Shown here piece by piece: positions 27,417-38,301 of a DNA stretch of 64,000 bases. Position numbers and translations under genes: made by a program. The notes under the pieces are model-generated. The model saw nothing but the letters and a program-made list of their open reading frames with translations. It was not told the DNA's origin and did not search any database. The stretch's first letter is position 1. Every line of letters begins with the position of its first letter. Origin of the DNA: Leptolyngbyaceae cyanobacterium (GTDB lineage Bacteria > Cyanobacteriota > Cyanobacteriia > Phormidesmidales > Phormidesmidaceae); contig JBHJHA010000046.1 of NCBI GenBank assembly GCA_050331235.1, positions 1 to 64,000 on the forward strand, given 5' to 3'.

Positions 27417-29573
27417 ATGGTAACGTTTCTACTAGAAGTGGGGACCGAAGAACTCCCTGCCAGTTTTGTCCAAGAAGCGCTGGATCAGTGGCGCGATCGC
27501 ATTCCCGCTGAGTTGGAAGCGGCTTTTTTGACGCCGGGAGAGATTCGCTACTACGGTACCCCGCGGCGGCTAGCGCTATTGCTGGTGGATTTGCCGGACA
27601 AACAGCCCGACCGCGAAGAGGAAGCCAAGGGCCCCCCCGCCCAAGCCGCGTTCAGAGACGGTCAGCCGACTAAGGCCGCCGAGGGCTTTGCGCGGTCGAA
27701 AAATGTCACCGTAGAAGATTTAGAAATCCGCGAAACGGACAAAGGCGCGTTTGTCTACGTCCAGCACCAAATTCCTGGCCGCTCCGCTGTAGAACTGCTG
27801 CAAGAGTGGGTGCCCCAATGGATTCTCGGGCTAGAGGGCAAGCGCTTTATGCGCTGGGGAGATGGTGACCTCAAGTTTCCCCGGCCCATTCGCTGGTTGG
27901 TGACGCTGTTAGATGACGAATTGATTCCCCTGTCGTTGCAAAATGGCTCCGAGCAGTGCCGCAGCGATCGCGTTACCCAAGCCCACCGCATTCTTCATCC
28001 CGATCCCATCATCCTCAGCCGCGCCCAAGACTACGTTGAGAAACTGCGCGAGGGCTTTGTAGAGGTAGATGTCGCCGCTCGGCAAACCCAAATTCAAGGA
28101 GCCGTCGAGCAGGCTGCTGCTTCGGTAAAGGGGGTAGCGCGCATTGATCCGGATTTGCTCAGGGAAGTGGCCAATCTAGTAGAGTGGCCCAACGCCGTGG
28201 TTGGACCGTTTGAGACGGCGTTTTTAGAGCTGCCTGCCGAGGTGGCCATCATGGAGATGGAGAGCCACCAGCGTTACTTTCCCGTCTTGCAGGCCGCCGA
28301 GGCTAATGAACTACTGCCCTACTTCATCACCATTTCCAACGGCGATCCTGAAAAGTCGGCTCTGATTGCTGAGGGTAATGGCCGCGTCATTCGGGCGCGG
28401 CTATCGGACGGCAAGTTCTTTTTTGACGCCGATCGCGCCGTGGCGTTAGACACCTTTGTGACGAAGCTTGACGCGGTCACCTTTGAGGAACGGCTGGGTT
28501 CTATGGGGGCTAAGGTTAACCGCATTGAAGCGATCGCTGCCTTTATTGCCGACCAACTTAACTTGAGTGAACCGGAGCGGCTGCATCTGCATCGAGCAGC
28601 CCATCTCTGCAAGGCAGACTTAGTGACCCAAATGGTGGGCGAATTTCCGGAGCTTCAGGGCGTCATGGGGGAAAAATATGCCCGCCACAGTGGCGAACCC
28701 GCCGCCGTCGCGGGGGCCATTGCCGAGCATTATTTGCCACGGGGGGCCGGCGATCGCCTCCCCCAAACCTTAATTGGTCAGGCTCTGGGCCTTGCAGATC
28801 GTCTCGATACGCTGGTGGGGATTTTTAGCTTAGGCATGTTGCCCTCGGGCTCATCTGACCCCTTTGCCCTGCGCCGCGCCGCCAATGCGATTGTCACCGT
28901 CATTTGGGATGCCAACCTCGCCATCAACCTCAACGCGCTGTTAGATCAGGTGGTCAACGCCTTTGTGCAAAATCCTGATTTGTCGGTGGAGGCCGCCGAG
29001 CCCCTGCGATCGCAACTCCAGGACTTTTTCCTCCAGCGGGTGCAAACGCTGCTGCAAGATGATCTGAACATTGACTACGACTTGGTCAATGCTGTTCTGG
29101 GGGAAAACGACCCCACCTATACCCAGCGCGCCCTGACGGATTTGCTCGACGTGCGCGATCGAGCCCAATTTCTTCAGGCGATTCGCCAAGATGGCACCCT
29201 AGCTAAGATCTACGAAACGGTCAATCGCGCGGCGCGGCTCGCGGCCCAGGGTGAGCTGGGAACTGCCCCCCTCGATCCCACCTTGGTCGTTGATCCCGAC
29301 CGCTTTCAGCAAGCTTCCGAGCAGGCTTTTTACGAGGCTCTGCTGGCACTCCTGCCCGAGACCCAAGCGGCCCAGCAAAGCCGCGCCTATCGCCAGCTCA
29401 TCACCGGGTTGGAAAATGCGGCTCCCATCGTCAGTCGCTTTTTTGACGGGCCTGATAGCGTCCTAGTGATGGACAAAGATCCCGCCATCAAGCAAAATCG
29501 ACTGCATCTGCTTGCTCTATTGCGTAATCACGCCCGTGTGCTGGCAGATTTTGGTGCCATCGTCAAAGGCTAG
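27417..29573 (+). CDS. glyS: Glycine--tRNA ligase beta subunit
   Basis: [52 protein letters not shown]. Confidence 0.96.
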   Translation: MVTFLLEVGTEELPASFVQEALDQWRDRIPAELEAAFLTPGEIRYYGTPRRLALLLVDLPDKQPDREEEAKGPPAQAAFRDGQPTKAAEGFARSKNVTVEDLEIRETDKGAFVYVQHQIPGRSAVELLQEWVPQWILGLEGKRFMRWGDGDLKFPRPIRWLVTLLDDELIPLSLQNGSEQCRSDRVTQAHRILHPDPIILSRAQDYVEKLREGFVEVDVAARQTQIQGAVEQAAASVKGVARIDPDLLREVANLVEWPNAVVGPFETAFLELPAEVAIMEMESHQRYFPVLQAAEANELLPYFITISNGDPEKSALIAEGNGRVIRARLSDGKFFFDADRAVALDTFVTKLDAVTFEERLGSMGAKVNRIEAIAAFIADQLNLSEPERLHLHRAAHLCKADLVTQMVGEFPELQGVMGEKYARHSGEPAAVAGAIAEHYLPRGAGDRLPQTLIGQALGLADRLDTLVGIFSLGMLPSGSSDPFALRRAANAIVTVIWDANLAINLNALLDQVVNAFVQNPDLSVEAAEPLRSQLQDFFLQRVQTLLQDDLNIDYDLVNAVLGENDPTYTQRALTDLLDVRDRAQFLQAIRQDGTLAKIYETVNRAARLAAQGELGTAPLDPTLVVDPDRFQQASEQAFYEALLALLPETQAAQQSRAYRQLITGLENAAPIVSRFFDGPDSVLVMDKDPAIKQNRLHLLALLRNHARVLADFGAIVKG

Positions 29574-29589
29574 CAGCATAGGCCAAGTT

Positions 29590-30933
29590 ATGGAGAAGCA
29601 AGCTCATGTCATCGGATTGGGCAAGTCGGGCATCGCTGCCGCGCGGTTGCTGGCCCGCCAAGGCTGGCAGGTGGTGCTCAGCGATCGCTCAACCACGCCT
29701 CTCCTCAGCGAGGACATTCCTCGACTAACTGCCGAGGGCGTCACCGTACAGCTTGGGCACAGCTTTTCGCCCGACGATGCGGCCCAGTTAGTCGTCGTCA
29801 GCCCCGGCGTACCTTGGGATTTGCCGGCTCTGGTCGCCGCTCGGGAGCACGGCAAGGAGGTCATCGGTGAAACGGAATTAGCCTGGCGCGCCCTCAGCGA
29901 TTGCCCTTGGGTGGGTATCACCGGCACCAATGGCAAAACCACTGTTACTGCCCTCACCGCTGCTATTTTTCAGGCGGCGGGGCGCCAGGCTCCGGCCTGC
30001 GGCAACATCGGCCATGCCATTGGGGAGCTAGCGCTGCAGCCGTCGGTGCCAGACTGGGTGATCGCCGAGCTCAGCAGCTACCAGATTGAAGCGTCGTCGA
30101 CGCTGAGCCCCAAGCTTGGCCTGTGGACAACCTTTACGCCGGATCATTTGGCTCGCCACAAAACCCTGGAAAACTACTTTCAGATCAAGGCCAAACTGAT
30201 GCACCAGTCCGACCAGGTGGTGCTGAACGGTGATGACCCCTACCTGCGGACCCACGGAGCCGCGCACTTTCCCGCTGCTTACTGGACGGGCACCCGGCCT
30301 GAGGCGATCGCCCCGTTGACGCCCTTGGCGTATATTGACTCGGGCTGGGTCAAGGTCAATGACACGCCCATTTTGACCGCCGCCGCCCTCAAAATGGTCG
30401 GCACCCATAATCAACAAAACCTTCTGTTGGCGGTGGCCGCGGCCCATCTGGCAGGGCTCGCCCCGGAGCAGATTGCCCTCGGGGTGGAGACCTTTCCCGG
30501 TGTGCCCCATCGGTTAGAGCGGGTCCTGACTTGGCAGGGGGTCGACTTTATCAACGACAGCAAGGCCACTAATTACGATGCGGCGGCGGTCGGGCTTCGG
30601 GCGATCGCGGCTCCCGCCATTCTCATCGCCGGGGGAGAAGCTAAGGCTGGCGATGATGCTGACTGGCTGAGCGAAATCCAGCAAAAGGCGGCAACTGTGC
30701 TCCTCATTGGCAATGCGGCTGATCAGTTTGCTCAGCGGCTAGCGGCGATTGGCTACGAGTCCTACGAAATTGCTGAAACGATGGAGCGGGCAATCCACCG
30801 GAGTATTGAACTGGCTCCCCAACTTGACGCTAAAGCTGTGTTGCTCTCCCCCGCCTGCGCCAGCTTCGACCAATACCCCAACTTTGAGGTGCGGGGCGAC
30901 CATTTTCGCCAACTCTGTCAAGCAATGCTATAA
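29590..30933 (+). CDS. murD: UDP-N-acetylmuramoyl-L-alanine--D-glutamate ligase
   Basis: [48 protein letters not shown]; start set at ATG 29590. Confidence 0.96.
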   Translation: MEKQAHVIGLGKSGIAAARLLARQGWQVVLSDRSTTPLLSEDIPRLTAEGVTVQLGHSFSPDDAAQLVVVSPGVPWDLPALVAAREHGKEVIGETELAWRALSDCPWVGITGTNGKTTVTALTAAIFQAAGRQAPACGNIGHAIGELALQPSVPDWVIAELSSYQIEASSTLSPKLGLWTTFTPDHLARHKTLENYFQIKAKLMHQSDQVVLNGDDPYLRTHGAAHFPAAYWTGTRPEAIAPLTPLAYIDSGWVKVNDTPILTAAALKMVGTHNQQNLLLAVAAAHLAGLAPEQIALGVETFPGVPHRLERVLTWQGVDFINDSKATNYDAAAVGLRAIAAPAILIAGGEAKAGDDADWLSEIQQKAATVLLIGNAADQFAQRLAAIGYESYEIAETMERAIHRSIELAPQLDAKAVLLSPACASFDQYPNFEVRGDHFRQLCQAML

Positions 30934-31053
30934 ATGCCCAAAGTCTACGATTTTAGGCAGACGATTAATCGGCAATGAAGGCTATAAAATGGACGCGATC
31001 GCCGGTGCCTCGTCGGTGCTTTTCTCCTATCCTCACGTTGTCGGAGCCTTTCC

Positions 31054-31605
31054 ATGCTGAAACTCTACGGTGGTGCCTTTAGCCGCGCCTCAATTGTCAG
31101 ATGGTATCTAGAAGAGTTAGACGCGCCCTACGAATTCGTCACCCTTGATATGCAAGCAGGGGAACATCGCCAGGATGACTTCCTCACGATCAACCCCATG
31201 GGCAAGGTGCCGGCGTTAGTCGATGGCGAAATTACCCTGTGGGAATCGGGGGCCATCTTGCTGTATCTCGCAGAGAAATTTGGAAACATGCCGGGCACCC
31301 ACCAAGAGCGAGGCCTACTGTATCAGTGGGTGCTCTTTGCCAACTCCACCCTGTCAGAGGGCCTATTTAACGAATCGTTGCGGGAGAAGCAAACCCCACG
31401 TTTATTACAGCCGCTAGATGACCTGCTTAAGACCCAGCCCTACTTGATGGCTGACACCTTCACCGTAGCGGACGTCGCGGTGGTCTCACTGCTAGGATTT
31501 GCAGTGCAAATGATCCAGCTAGACATGAGTGCTTATCCTGCGGTCCAGGCATATCTGCAGCGGTGCAGTCAGCGATCGGCGTTCCAAAAAGCGATGAGCT
31601 CCTAG
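31054..31605 (+). CDS. Glutathione S-transferase family protein
   Basis: SRASIVRWYLEEL, INPMGKVPAL, LWESGAILLYL, FTVADV. Confidence 0.92.
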   Translation: MLKLYGGAFSRASIVRWYLEELDAPYEFVTLDMQAGEHRQDDFLTINPMGKVPALVDGEITLWESGAILLYLAEKFGNMPGTHQERGLLYQWVLFANSTLSEGLFNESLREKQTPRLLQPLDDLLKTQPYLMADTFTVADVAVVSLLGFAVQMIQLDMSAYPAVQAYLQRCSQRSAFQKAMSS

Positions 31606-31714
31606 GCTCCACAGGCTCCGATACGGCTGTGGCTCCGTGTAGCTTCGATAATTGGGGGCAGCGACTACGCCGACATCATCTATCGTCCGAGGCCAACCGA
31701 TGAAGCACGCCCGT

Positions 31715-31800
31715 TATCCCAATTCGCCAAATTGAGATTACCAAACCTGTCTCTTCACAGCCCCTTGCCTAAGCGCGGGAGAAGGGGTTGGAGTGAGGGC
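31715..31800. repeat. Degenerate MITE-like/dispersed repeat fragment (CCCCTT..GGGAGAAGGGGTTGGAGTGAGGG)
   Basis: Starts TATCCCAATTC (IS630-like end) and contains the C-run/G-run hairpin motif common in cyanobacterial intergenic repeats. Confidence 0.5.
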
Positions 31801-31803
31801 TAA

Positions 31804-31913
31804 TACTATTTCTGTAATCGCGACTACATGTAGATTCTTCAAAGGCCCTTTTTCAAGGGGGCAGCGACAGCGGGGGATCTTCAAGTCTGTAGCGCTATTA
31901 CAGAGAATTGGTA
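31804..31913. mobile_element. MITE copy 1 (~110 bp)
   Basis: Imperfect terminal IRs TACTATTTCTGTAATCGCG / reverse complement TACCAATTCTCTGTAATAGCG; near-identical inverted copy at 34445-34553. Confidence 0.8.
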
Positions 31914-31949
31914 TAAGGTCACAGCGAAGGACAGCCTTGGGATTACTCC

Positions 31950-31977
31950 AAAACCTAGAACCTAAAATCTGAAAACC
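31950..31977. repeat. Heptamer tandem repeat (STRR-like), 4 degenerate units
   Basis: AAAACCT AGAACCT AAAATCT GAAAACC. Confidence 0.4.
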
Positions 31978-31983
31978 ATTTCC

Positions 31984-33087
31984 TTAGCGTTCAGATTGCG
32001 CGATATGCACAAGGGCATCACCCTGATGCACCAGCGGCGTCTGGTGATGGCCGATGACCCAGCCTGCTATCGGGCTGCGAACTGGCGCTGGGCGATCGCC
32101 AAACGCATCGGTGATAAAGCCTAAGATCTCGCGATGGTCTACCGCCTGCCCCAACTGCACCTGACGGTGCCAAAACCCGCCCTGGGAGGCTCTGACCCAT
32201 TTAGTGTGCCATGCTTCTAAAGGTGGCGTCACCGCACTAGCCGCCCCTGGGCTAGTCATCTCGAGATAAGCCAAAACCCGATTGATACCATCGACCCCAA
32301 TCTGGATGGCGTCTTCGCCAAACCGTAGTGCCTCGCCCCCCTCGTACAGGAGGGTGGGAATGTTAGCTTTGGCGGCGGCCTGCCGCAGGGAGCCATCCCG
32401 CGTATCCGCATGGATAAGCATAGGAGCGCCAAAGGCCTGAGCAATGGCATAGGTGGTCGAGTCGTTGAGGTTGGCCCGGATTTGAGGGAAATTGCTGCGG
32501 TGGATGGCGGCTGTATGCAGGTCAATGCCGTAGTCAGCATGGCTCACCACCTCCCGCATAAAAATGGCAGCCAGCCGACTGGCTAGGGACCCACGTCGTG
32601 AACCGGGAAAGGAGCGATTTAAATCGCGGCGGTCAGGCAGATAGCGCGACTGCTCAATTAGGCCAAAAATATTCACCACCGGTACCGCTAATACCGTACC
32701 GCGCAGGCTGCTGGGCTGTAGCGATCGCACTACCCGGCGAATGATTTCAACCCCGTTCAGCTCATCGCCATGAATGGCGGCACTTAGCCAAATACAAGGT
32801 CCGGGCTGACGCCCCCGCACTACCGCCACCGGTAGCGAAAGCATCGTCCCCGTGGGTAAGCGCGTCACGGGTAATTCAATCTTGACGCGCCTATTGCGAG
32901 GAACAGTGACATTCCCAATGACTAAGGGTGGCCGCTCGGCTCCCGTCGGAACCGGTGAGTCCGTCGCGATCGCCGGTTCGCTTTCCAAACTCGATAGACT
33001 CCATCTACGTAGTTTGCTTAGAGTAACAAATCTGCCACGATTCTCAACTGGGGCCGATGCCAGGAGGCCCCGGCCGATATGCGCCAC
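31984..33087 (-). CDS. Succinylglutamate desuccinylase/aspartoacylase (M14-like) family protein
   Basis: AAIHGDELNG, DLNRSFPG, IDLHT, YEGGE; start uncertain. Confidence 0.88.
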   Translation of the reverse strand: MAHIGRGLLASAPVENRGRFVTLSKLRRWSLSSLESEPAIATDSPVPTGAERPPLVIGNVTVPRNRRVKIELPVTRLPTGTMLSLPVAVVRGRQPGPCIWLSAAIHGDELNGVEIIRRVVRSLQPSSLRGTVLAVPVVNIFGLIEQSRYLPDRRDLNRSFPGSRRGSLASRLAAIFMREVVSHADYGIDLHTAAIHRSNFPQIRANLNDSTTYAIAQAFGAPMLIHADTRDGSLRQAAAKANIPTLLYEGGEALRFGEDAIQIGVDGINRVLAYLEMTSPGAASAVTPPLEAWHTKWVRASQGGFWHRQVQLGQAVDHREILGFITDAFGDRPAPVRSPIAGWVIGHHQTPLVHQGDALVHIAQSER

Positions 33088-33451
33088 GGGCTAGCGATCT
33101 CAAGCCACATTGAATCCCAATTCTCTATGTCAATCCGCTAATGCTGGCCGATCTATCGAGCCGGCAGCCAGATTTTTCTGAGGGCTATGAGAAAAGTCGG
33201 AAACCCCCATGGGCCAAGGGAAGTGATGCCCTCGCCGAGAATAAAAGGAAAATCGACAAAACCGCAAGAAAGTGGTACAAATTTACTGGATTAAGTTGCT
33301 CTGTAGGATGCCTTGGAATATTGGGCCTGTGAAAGTAGGGCGATCGCTGATTGCGGCCTTTGCATCCCCTAAGCGCTTAGCCTTCTAGATTCGGCGATCG
33401 CGACGCTCAGTTAGATCAAACTTACCATTCTGTTCTATAGAGGTAGAGATC

Positions 33452-34243
33452 ATGGCCGAATTCAGCACCTACGCTCCGGGTACGTTTTGTTGGGTTGACT
33501 TAGCAACCACCGATACTGTCGCCGCCAAGCAGTTTTATTGCCACCTCTTTGACTGGACCGCAATCGACGTTCCGGCCGGTGAGGCCGGCGTTTACACCAT
33601 GCTCCAAAAAGCTGGCAAGGATGTTTGCGCGCTATATGAAATGCCTGCGGCACGTCAGCAGCAGGAGCCGCCTAACTGGCTGAGCTATGTATCAGTTGCC
33701 GATGTAGAAGCCAGCACGGATAAAGCCAAAGCCTTGGGGGGCGAAGTGTTACAGGCGCCGTGCGACGTGATGGAATCAGGTCGCATGAGCTTGATCAAGG
33801 ATCCTACAGGGGCAGTTTTTGCCCTATGGCAGCCGCAACAACACCTTGGCGCGACCCTAGTGAATGAGCCCGCCACCCTTTGCTGGAACGAGCTGCAAAC
33901 CCACAAAGTTGAGCAGGCGACTCAGTTCTACACTCAGTTATTTGGCTGGGAAACTGAAACCACTCGCAATGCTGCGGGGGGCGATTACAGTTTGTTTAAA
34001 CAGAGCGATCGCCATGGAGCTGGCATGATGGAGATCCAACCGGAGTGGGGAGAAGTCCCCCCAAACTGGGCCGTCTACTTTGCGGTCGAGAACTGCGACC
34101 TCACCCTTAAAAAGGCCGTCGAGCTCGGTGGCAAAGTCGAGATGCCCCCCATGGAAATTGCCGATGTTGGTCGACTTGCTATCATTCAAGACCCTCAAGG
34201 TGCAGTCTTTACCGTTTTACAGATGGCAGAAGGCTCGAACTGA
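33452..34243 (+). CDS. VOC (glyoxalase/bleomycin resistance) two-domain protein
   Basis: PGTFCWVDL, WLSYVSV.D, DPTGAVFALWQ; second domain LCWNEL...DPQGAVF. Confidence 0.9.
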   Translation: MAEFSTYAPGTFCWVDLATTDTVAAKQFYCHLFDWTAIDVPAGEAGVYTMLQKAGKDVCALYEMPAARQQQEPPNWLSYVSVADVEASTDKAKALGGEVLQAPCDVMESGRMSLIKDPTGAVFALWQPQQHLGATLVNEPATLCWNELQTHKVEQATQFYTQLFGWETETTRNAAGGDYSLFKQSDRHGAGMMEIQPEWGEVPPNWAVYFAVENCDLTLKKAVELGGKVEMPPMEIADVGRLAIIQDPQGAVFTVLQMAEGSN

Positions 34244-34275
34244 CCGGTAAGCGCCAACCCGACTGATCCAGGAAT

Positions 34276-34318
34276 CGGTGTCTGGCCTTTGATTTCTCAT
34301 ATTGAACGGCCAGACACC
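34276..34318 (+). terminator. Stem-loop downstream of the VOC gene
   Basis: GGTGTCTGGCC / GGCCAGACACC 11-bp perfect stem, no clear U-tract. Confidence 0.45.
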
Positions 34319-34444
34319 AACAGCAATCGCAGCATTTAAGTCAGATCAACATCAATCGACAGGGGATGGGTTCAGGCGTAACTATCAATCCGCACAACGC
34401 GCTGCCAGTGAAATCTGGATAACGTTGGCATCGCCTCGCCGTTA

Positions 34445-34553
34445 CACCAATTCTCTGTAATAGCGCTACAGACTTGAAGATCCCCCACTGTCGCTGCCCC
34501 CTGAAAAAGGGGCTTTGAAGAATCTGTATGTAGTCGTGATTACAGAAATAGGA
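34445..34553. mobile_element. MITE copy 2 (inverted relative to copy 1)
   Basis: CACCAATTCTCTGTAATAGCGCTACAGACTTGAAGATCCCCC...GATTACAGAAATAGGA aligns to the reverse complement of 31804-31913 with few mismatches. Confidence 0.8.
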
Positions 34554-34950
34554 TGACTGCCTCGAAGCGTAGATGTGGGAGTGCGAAACGCCTACTTCCT
34601 GTGCTTTCGATCCCTTTGGCGGGGTTGTTTCTAGTCGATCTGCTGGAGATCGCTAGCCGGGGTCATGCGAGGTTTAATTTCGGTGTTGCGAATGCACGTT
34701 CACTGAGGGGAATGTCGGTTTCTCCCCAGTCCTCCCGCGTTATAAACCTATTGGCAAAGGGGAGAGCGCGACTGGTGTATAGCTAATAGGCTTTATGGCC
34801 GGTCATCTGCCTGCGCCATCTACCTAGCGGTGGCTGATTCATCCCCCCATTAAAGAACGTCAGCGTTGCTGCCTTGCCCAAAATCCAGCGATCGCTTTTT
34901 GTCGAACAGCGATACAATACATGCGTTCTAAGTAATGGCAATGAGACCCT

Positions 34951-36117
34951 ATGCCCGTTAGCCCTGCTCAGATTCGCGCGGTCCTCGATGAGAAACGTCA
35001 GGCGCTTACCGAGTTTAACCAAACCTTTGCCTCTGACCTCAAACGCTATCGAGATACTTGGCAAGCGCTGACTCAGGAATCCTTTGCCCCGACTGCCAAA
35101 CGACTAGGCAAACCAGGGATTGGCGCTCACCTGCTCGAATCGTTTAGCCTCATTCGTAAGGGCGTTATCCCCAATCAAAATCACTGGGCAAATCGAGAAG
35201 ATAGCCTCGGCTGGGTTCGAGAACAACTGGCTGGGGTGACCACCTTTGCTGTCGATGGTTCGCAAATTTTCCCGAGTAAAGACGTCTCCATGCCGATCGC
35301 CCTAGTGCAGATTGGTTGGTTTGAAAATCCGCATACAGATGACGGACAGTACACCAAAGATATTGCCCTGGATGTGCTCACCCCTGATGATCTGCGGGCC
35401 TACCATCAGGGCGAACCCGTTGATCGCCGGGTCAATATTCGCCGCTTTGAGATGGAGGTCAAGCGTCTCGTTAGCTACATGGAGTCTTGCCAGCAGCCGG
35501 AGCGCACATTGGTGCTGTTCGATGGTTCTCTGGTGGTGACCTTTGCCGATGCGTTTGATCCCGAAAGCCAAGCCGCCTACGTCAGCGCCATGGTGAATCT
35601 GCTTGCCACGAGTCAGCGCTGTCGGGTCCCGCTGGTGGGCTTCATTGACACATCGAATGCCCGCGACCTCGCGACCCTGCTACAGCATTACGATCCCGCG
35701 CTCAATCCGGTCGAAACCATCCACGATGCCCAAATCCTCAAAAAAGCGATGCACTGGGGCGATCGCACACCCCTATTCCACTGCGATCGCGAAGGCATTT
35801 TGGAGCAATATGGTGACCAGCAAGATCAGGTGATTTTCAGCTATCTACAAACCACCCGTGATCGCCCCCCGGCCCGGTTAGAGATGCCCCGGTGGCTATG
35901 GGAGGCCGACCTCGCAGAAACTGCGATCAACTGGGTTAAGGCTGAAGTCATTGTTGGAGGTGGCTACCCCTACGCAATCGAAACGGCTGACCAAACGGCA
36001 GTATTACAGGCCCCGGATCGACAGCTGTTTTATCGAATTTTGCAAGATTGGGCCAATCGCGAACAGCTAAATGTGCAGTTTTCGCGCAAGCTAGTGAGCA
36101 AAATGCGACGGCGCTAA
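34951..36117 (+). CDS. NurA domain nuclease
   Basis: FAVDGSQI, LFDGSL, GYPYAIETADQTAV. Confidence 0.85.
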   Translation: MPVSPAQIRAVLDEKRQALTEFNQTFASDLKRYRDTWQALTQESFAPTAKRLGKPGIGAHLLESFSLIRKGVIPNQNHWANREDSLGWVREQLAGVTTFAVDGSQIFPSKDVSMPIALVQIGWFENPHTDDGQYTKDIALDVLTPDDLRAYHQGEPVDRRVNIRRFEMEVKRLVSYMESCQQPERTLVLFDGSLVVTFADAFDPESQAAYVSAMVNLLATSQRCRVPLVGFIDTSNARDLATLLQHYDPALNPVETIHDAQILKKAMHWGDRTPLFHCDREGILEQYGDQQDQVIFSYLQTTRDRPPARLEMPRWLWEADLAETAINWVKAEVIVGGGYPYAIETADQTAVLQAPDRQLFYRILQDWANREQLNVQFSRKLVSKMRRR

Positions 36118-36176
36118 CGCTGCCAGATGAGTTATCCCATCAACTGAGGATGGGTGCGGCTTCTCTGCAGCATTGT

Positions 36177-36491
36177 CTAGTGGGGAGCCATGACGGCGGC
36201 AGCTAAGACAGCATCCAGAACACCGGGAAAGCGTTGATTGAGGTCTTCCGTCCGCAGGGAATTGAGATGCTGAGTGCCTTGCTTACGGCAGTGAATGACG
36301 CCTGCTTCACGCAAAATCTTGAAGTGATGGGATAGCGTTGACTTTGCTACTGCGGCATTGATAGCAGCGCAGGGTAGTTCGGGAGAGTCGGCCAGTCGTT
36401 TCACAATTGCTAATCGTATCGGGTCGCCCAAGGCGTATAGCACTCCCTCCAGAGTGATGTCGTTCTTATCAGGATGGTAAATCGGCTTCAT
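36177..36491 (-). CDS. ArsR/SmtB family regulator, RexT-like
   Basis: VLYALGDPIRLAIV, C before the HTH, KSTLSHHFKILREAGV; divergent from a thioredoxin gene. Confidence 0.85.
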   Translation of the reverse strand: MKPIYHPDKNDITLEGVLYALGDPIRLAIVKRLADSPELPCAAINAAVAKSTLSHHFKILREAGVIHCRKQGTQHLNSLRTEDLNQRFPGVLDAVLAAAVMAPH

Positions 36492-36521
36492 AGTTGCATT
36501 ATTACATATCTCAGGCTATAG

Positions 36522-36552
36522 TCTAATTGTTCGAGAAAATTGAACAATTAGA
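36522..36552. promoter_or_regulatory. Perfect 11-9-11 inverted repeat operator between the ArsR and trx genes
   Basis: TCTAATTGTTC-GAGAAAATT-GAACAATTAGA, overlapping the end of -10-like TATAGT (36517-36522). Confidence 0.75.
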
Positions 36553-36586
36553 TGTTTCCTTTCAAGTTCTAGCGGAGGTAAAGTCC

Positions 36587-36913
36587 ATGTCCGCAGTATT
36601 AAGTACAACCCAAGCCAGTTTCGAGGCAGATGTCCTACAGAGCGATGTTCCTGTACTGGTAGATTTCTGGGCGCCCTGGTGTGGTCCCTGTCGCCTCGTT
36701 TCCGGGGTGGTGGATGCCGTCGCTCAGAAGTATGCCGGGCGGCTCAAAGTGGTGAAGGTGAACGTGGATGAGCAGCCAGCGATCGCCTCTAACTATGGTG
36801 TTCGTAGCATTCCGACCTTGTCCGTGTTCAAAGAGGGGCAGGTGATTGATCAGGTTGTGGGTGCAGTGCCCCAAACGGCTCTGGCCAAAACCCTTGATCA
36901 GCATCTGGCATAG
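36587..36913 (+). CDS. trxA: Thioredoxin
   Basis: [28 protein letters not shown] upstream of ATG 36587. Confidence 0.95.
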   Translation: MSAVLSTTQASFEADVLQSDVPVLVDFWAPWCGPCRLVSGVVDAVAQKYAGRLKVVKVNVDEQPAIASNYGVRSIPTLSVFKEGQVIDQVVGAVPQTALAKTLDQHLA

Positions 36914-36989
36914 CTGTTTGGTTGTCGACTGGAGAGAGTTAGAGATCTGACTCTCTCACCACCCTATCCATTTACAGAGTTGATTGCTT

Positions 36990-38093
36990 ATGAATGCTCC
37001 CAAAGACTTATTGAGTTCCATTCGGCTGGGTCGCCATGAGTTGCGTAATCGCATTGTTATGGCTCCACTAACGCGCAACCGAGCCAACGAAGACAATGCC
37101 CCGATCGCTATGCACGTTACTTACTACACCCAGCGGGCTTCTGCCGGTCTCATCATTACTGAGGCGACTCAAGTCACCCCGATGGGTCAAGGCTATCCTG
37201 CAACGCCAGGAATTCATTCCTCGGCTCAAGTTGACGGCTGGCAACGGGTGACGGACAGCGTCCACCAAGCCGGGGGCAAGATTTTCCTACAGCTTTGGCA
37301 CGTTGGTCGCATTTCCCATCCGTCCTTTCATGGGGGGGCACTGCCGGTGGCCCCCAGCGCCATTAAGCCCGAAGGCGAAGCCATGACCTACGAAGGCATG
37401 CAGCCCTTTGTCACGCCTCGGGCCCTAGAACTCGACGAGATTCCTACCCTCATCCAGCAGTTCAAGCAGGGGGCAGAAAATGCTCTGGCTGCCGGGTTTG
37501 ACGGGGTGGAAGTTCACGGTGCTAATGGTTATTTACTAGACCAGTTTTTGCGTGATGGGACAAATCAGCGTACCGATGCCTACGGTGGGTCTAAGGAAAA
37601 CCGGGCGCGGCTGCTGCTAGAGGTGACTCAAGCAGCCATTGATGTGTGGGGCAGCGATCGCGTTGGCGTGCGGCTCTCCCCTAGCAGTACCTTTAACGAC
37701 ATGAGTGACTCTGAGCCCCGCGCTACCTTTGGTTATGCCGTTCAGGCCCTTGACCAGCTAGATTTGGCTTATCTGCATTTGCTAGAGCCCAGTGAGGCCG
37801 ATTTGCGCCACGGTGGCATTCCCCTTCCGACTAAGGAGTTTCGACCGATGTATAGTGGCAATCTCATGGTGAACTGGGGCTACGATCGCGAGTCGGGAAA
37901 TCGGGCGATCGCTGCTGGTGAAGCTGATCTTGTTTCCTACGGCAAGCTATTCATTGCGAATCCTGACTTGCCGAAGCGCTTTAAGCTTGAGGCTCCCCTT
38001 AATGAACCCGACGAATCCACTTTTTACGGTGGTGATGAGCATGGCTATACGGACTATCCGTTTTTAGCCGAGAGTGAGACGGCCACAGTATAG
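36990..38093 (+). CDS. Old yellow enzyme / alkene reductase (NemA-like)
   Basis: NRIVMAPLTR, QRASAGLII.E, QLWHVGR, VHGANGYLLDQF, FIANPDL, GYTDYP. Confidence 0.93.
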   Translation: MNAPKDLLSSIRLGRHELRNRIVMAPLTRNRANEDNAPIAMHVTYYTQRASAGLIITEATQVTPMGQGYPATPGIHSSAQVDGWQRVTDSVHQAGGKIFLQLWHVGRISHPSFHGGALPVAPSAIKPEGEAMTYEGMQPFVTPRALELDEIPTLIQQFKQGAENALAAGFDGVEVHGANGYLLDQFLRDGTNQRTDAYGGSKENRARLLLEVTQAAIDVWGSDRVGVRLSPSSTFNDMSDSEPRATFGYAVQALDQLDLAYLHLLEPSEADLRHGGIPLPTKEFRPMYSGNLMVNWGYDRESGNRAIAAGEADLVSYGKLFIANPDLPKRFKLEAPLNEPDESTFYGGDEHGYTDYPFLAESETATV

Positions 38094-38096
38094 GAG

Positions 38097-38155
38097 CCAT
38101 GGTGGTGACTCTGCTCTACGCTGGCTGATTGCCAAGGGCAGAGTCATTGCTACGG
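38097..38155 (+). terminator. Long 3' stem-loop after the OYE gene
   Basis: ~21-bp stem with G-U pairs: CCATGGTGGTGACTCTGCTCT / AGGGCAGAGTCATTGCTACGG. Confidence 0.5.
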
Positions 38156-38301
38156 TAGCTTGCGGCTCTCCGGGACCGGCCAGCATTATCAATGGGATGG
38201 CGAGCCAAGTTCGATTAGATCCTTTTAAGGGCGGGATTGCCCGTGGTGTGGCTTCTCTGGGGACCGACTGATAAAACGCGCTTGATTGACTGCAAAATCG
38301 A

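Noticed and set aside
34553..34786. 77-aa ORF starting at the MITE end
   Set aside because: Start codon lies at the MITE junction; no recognisable features
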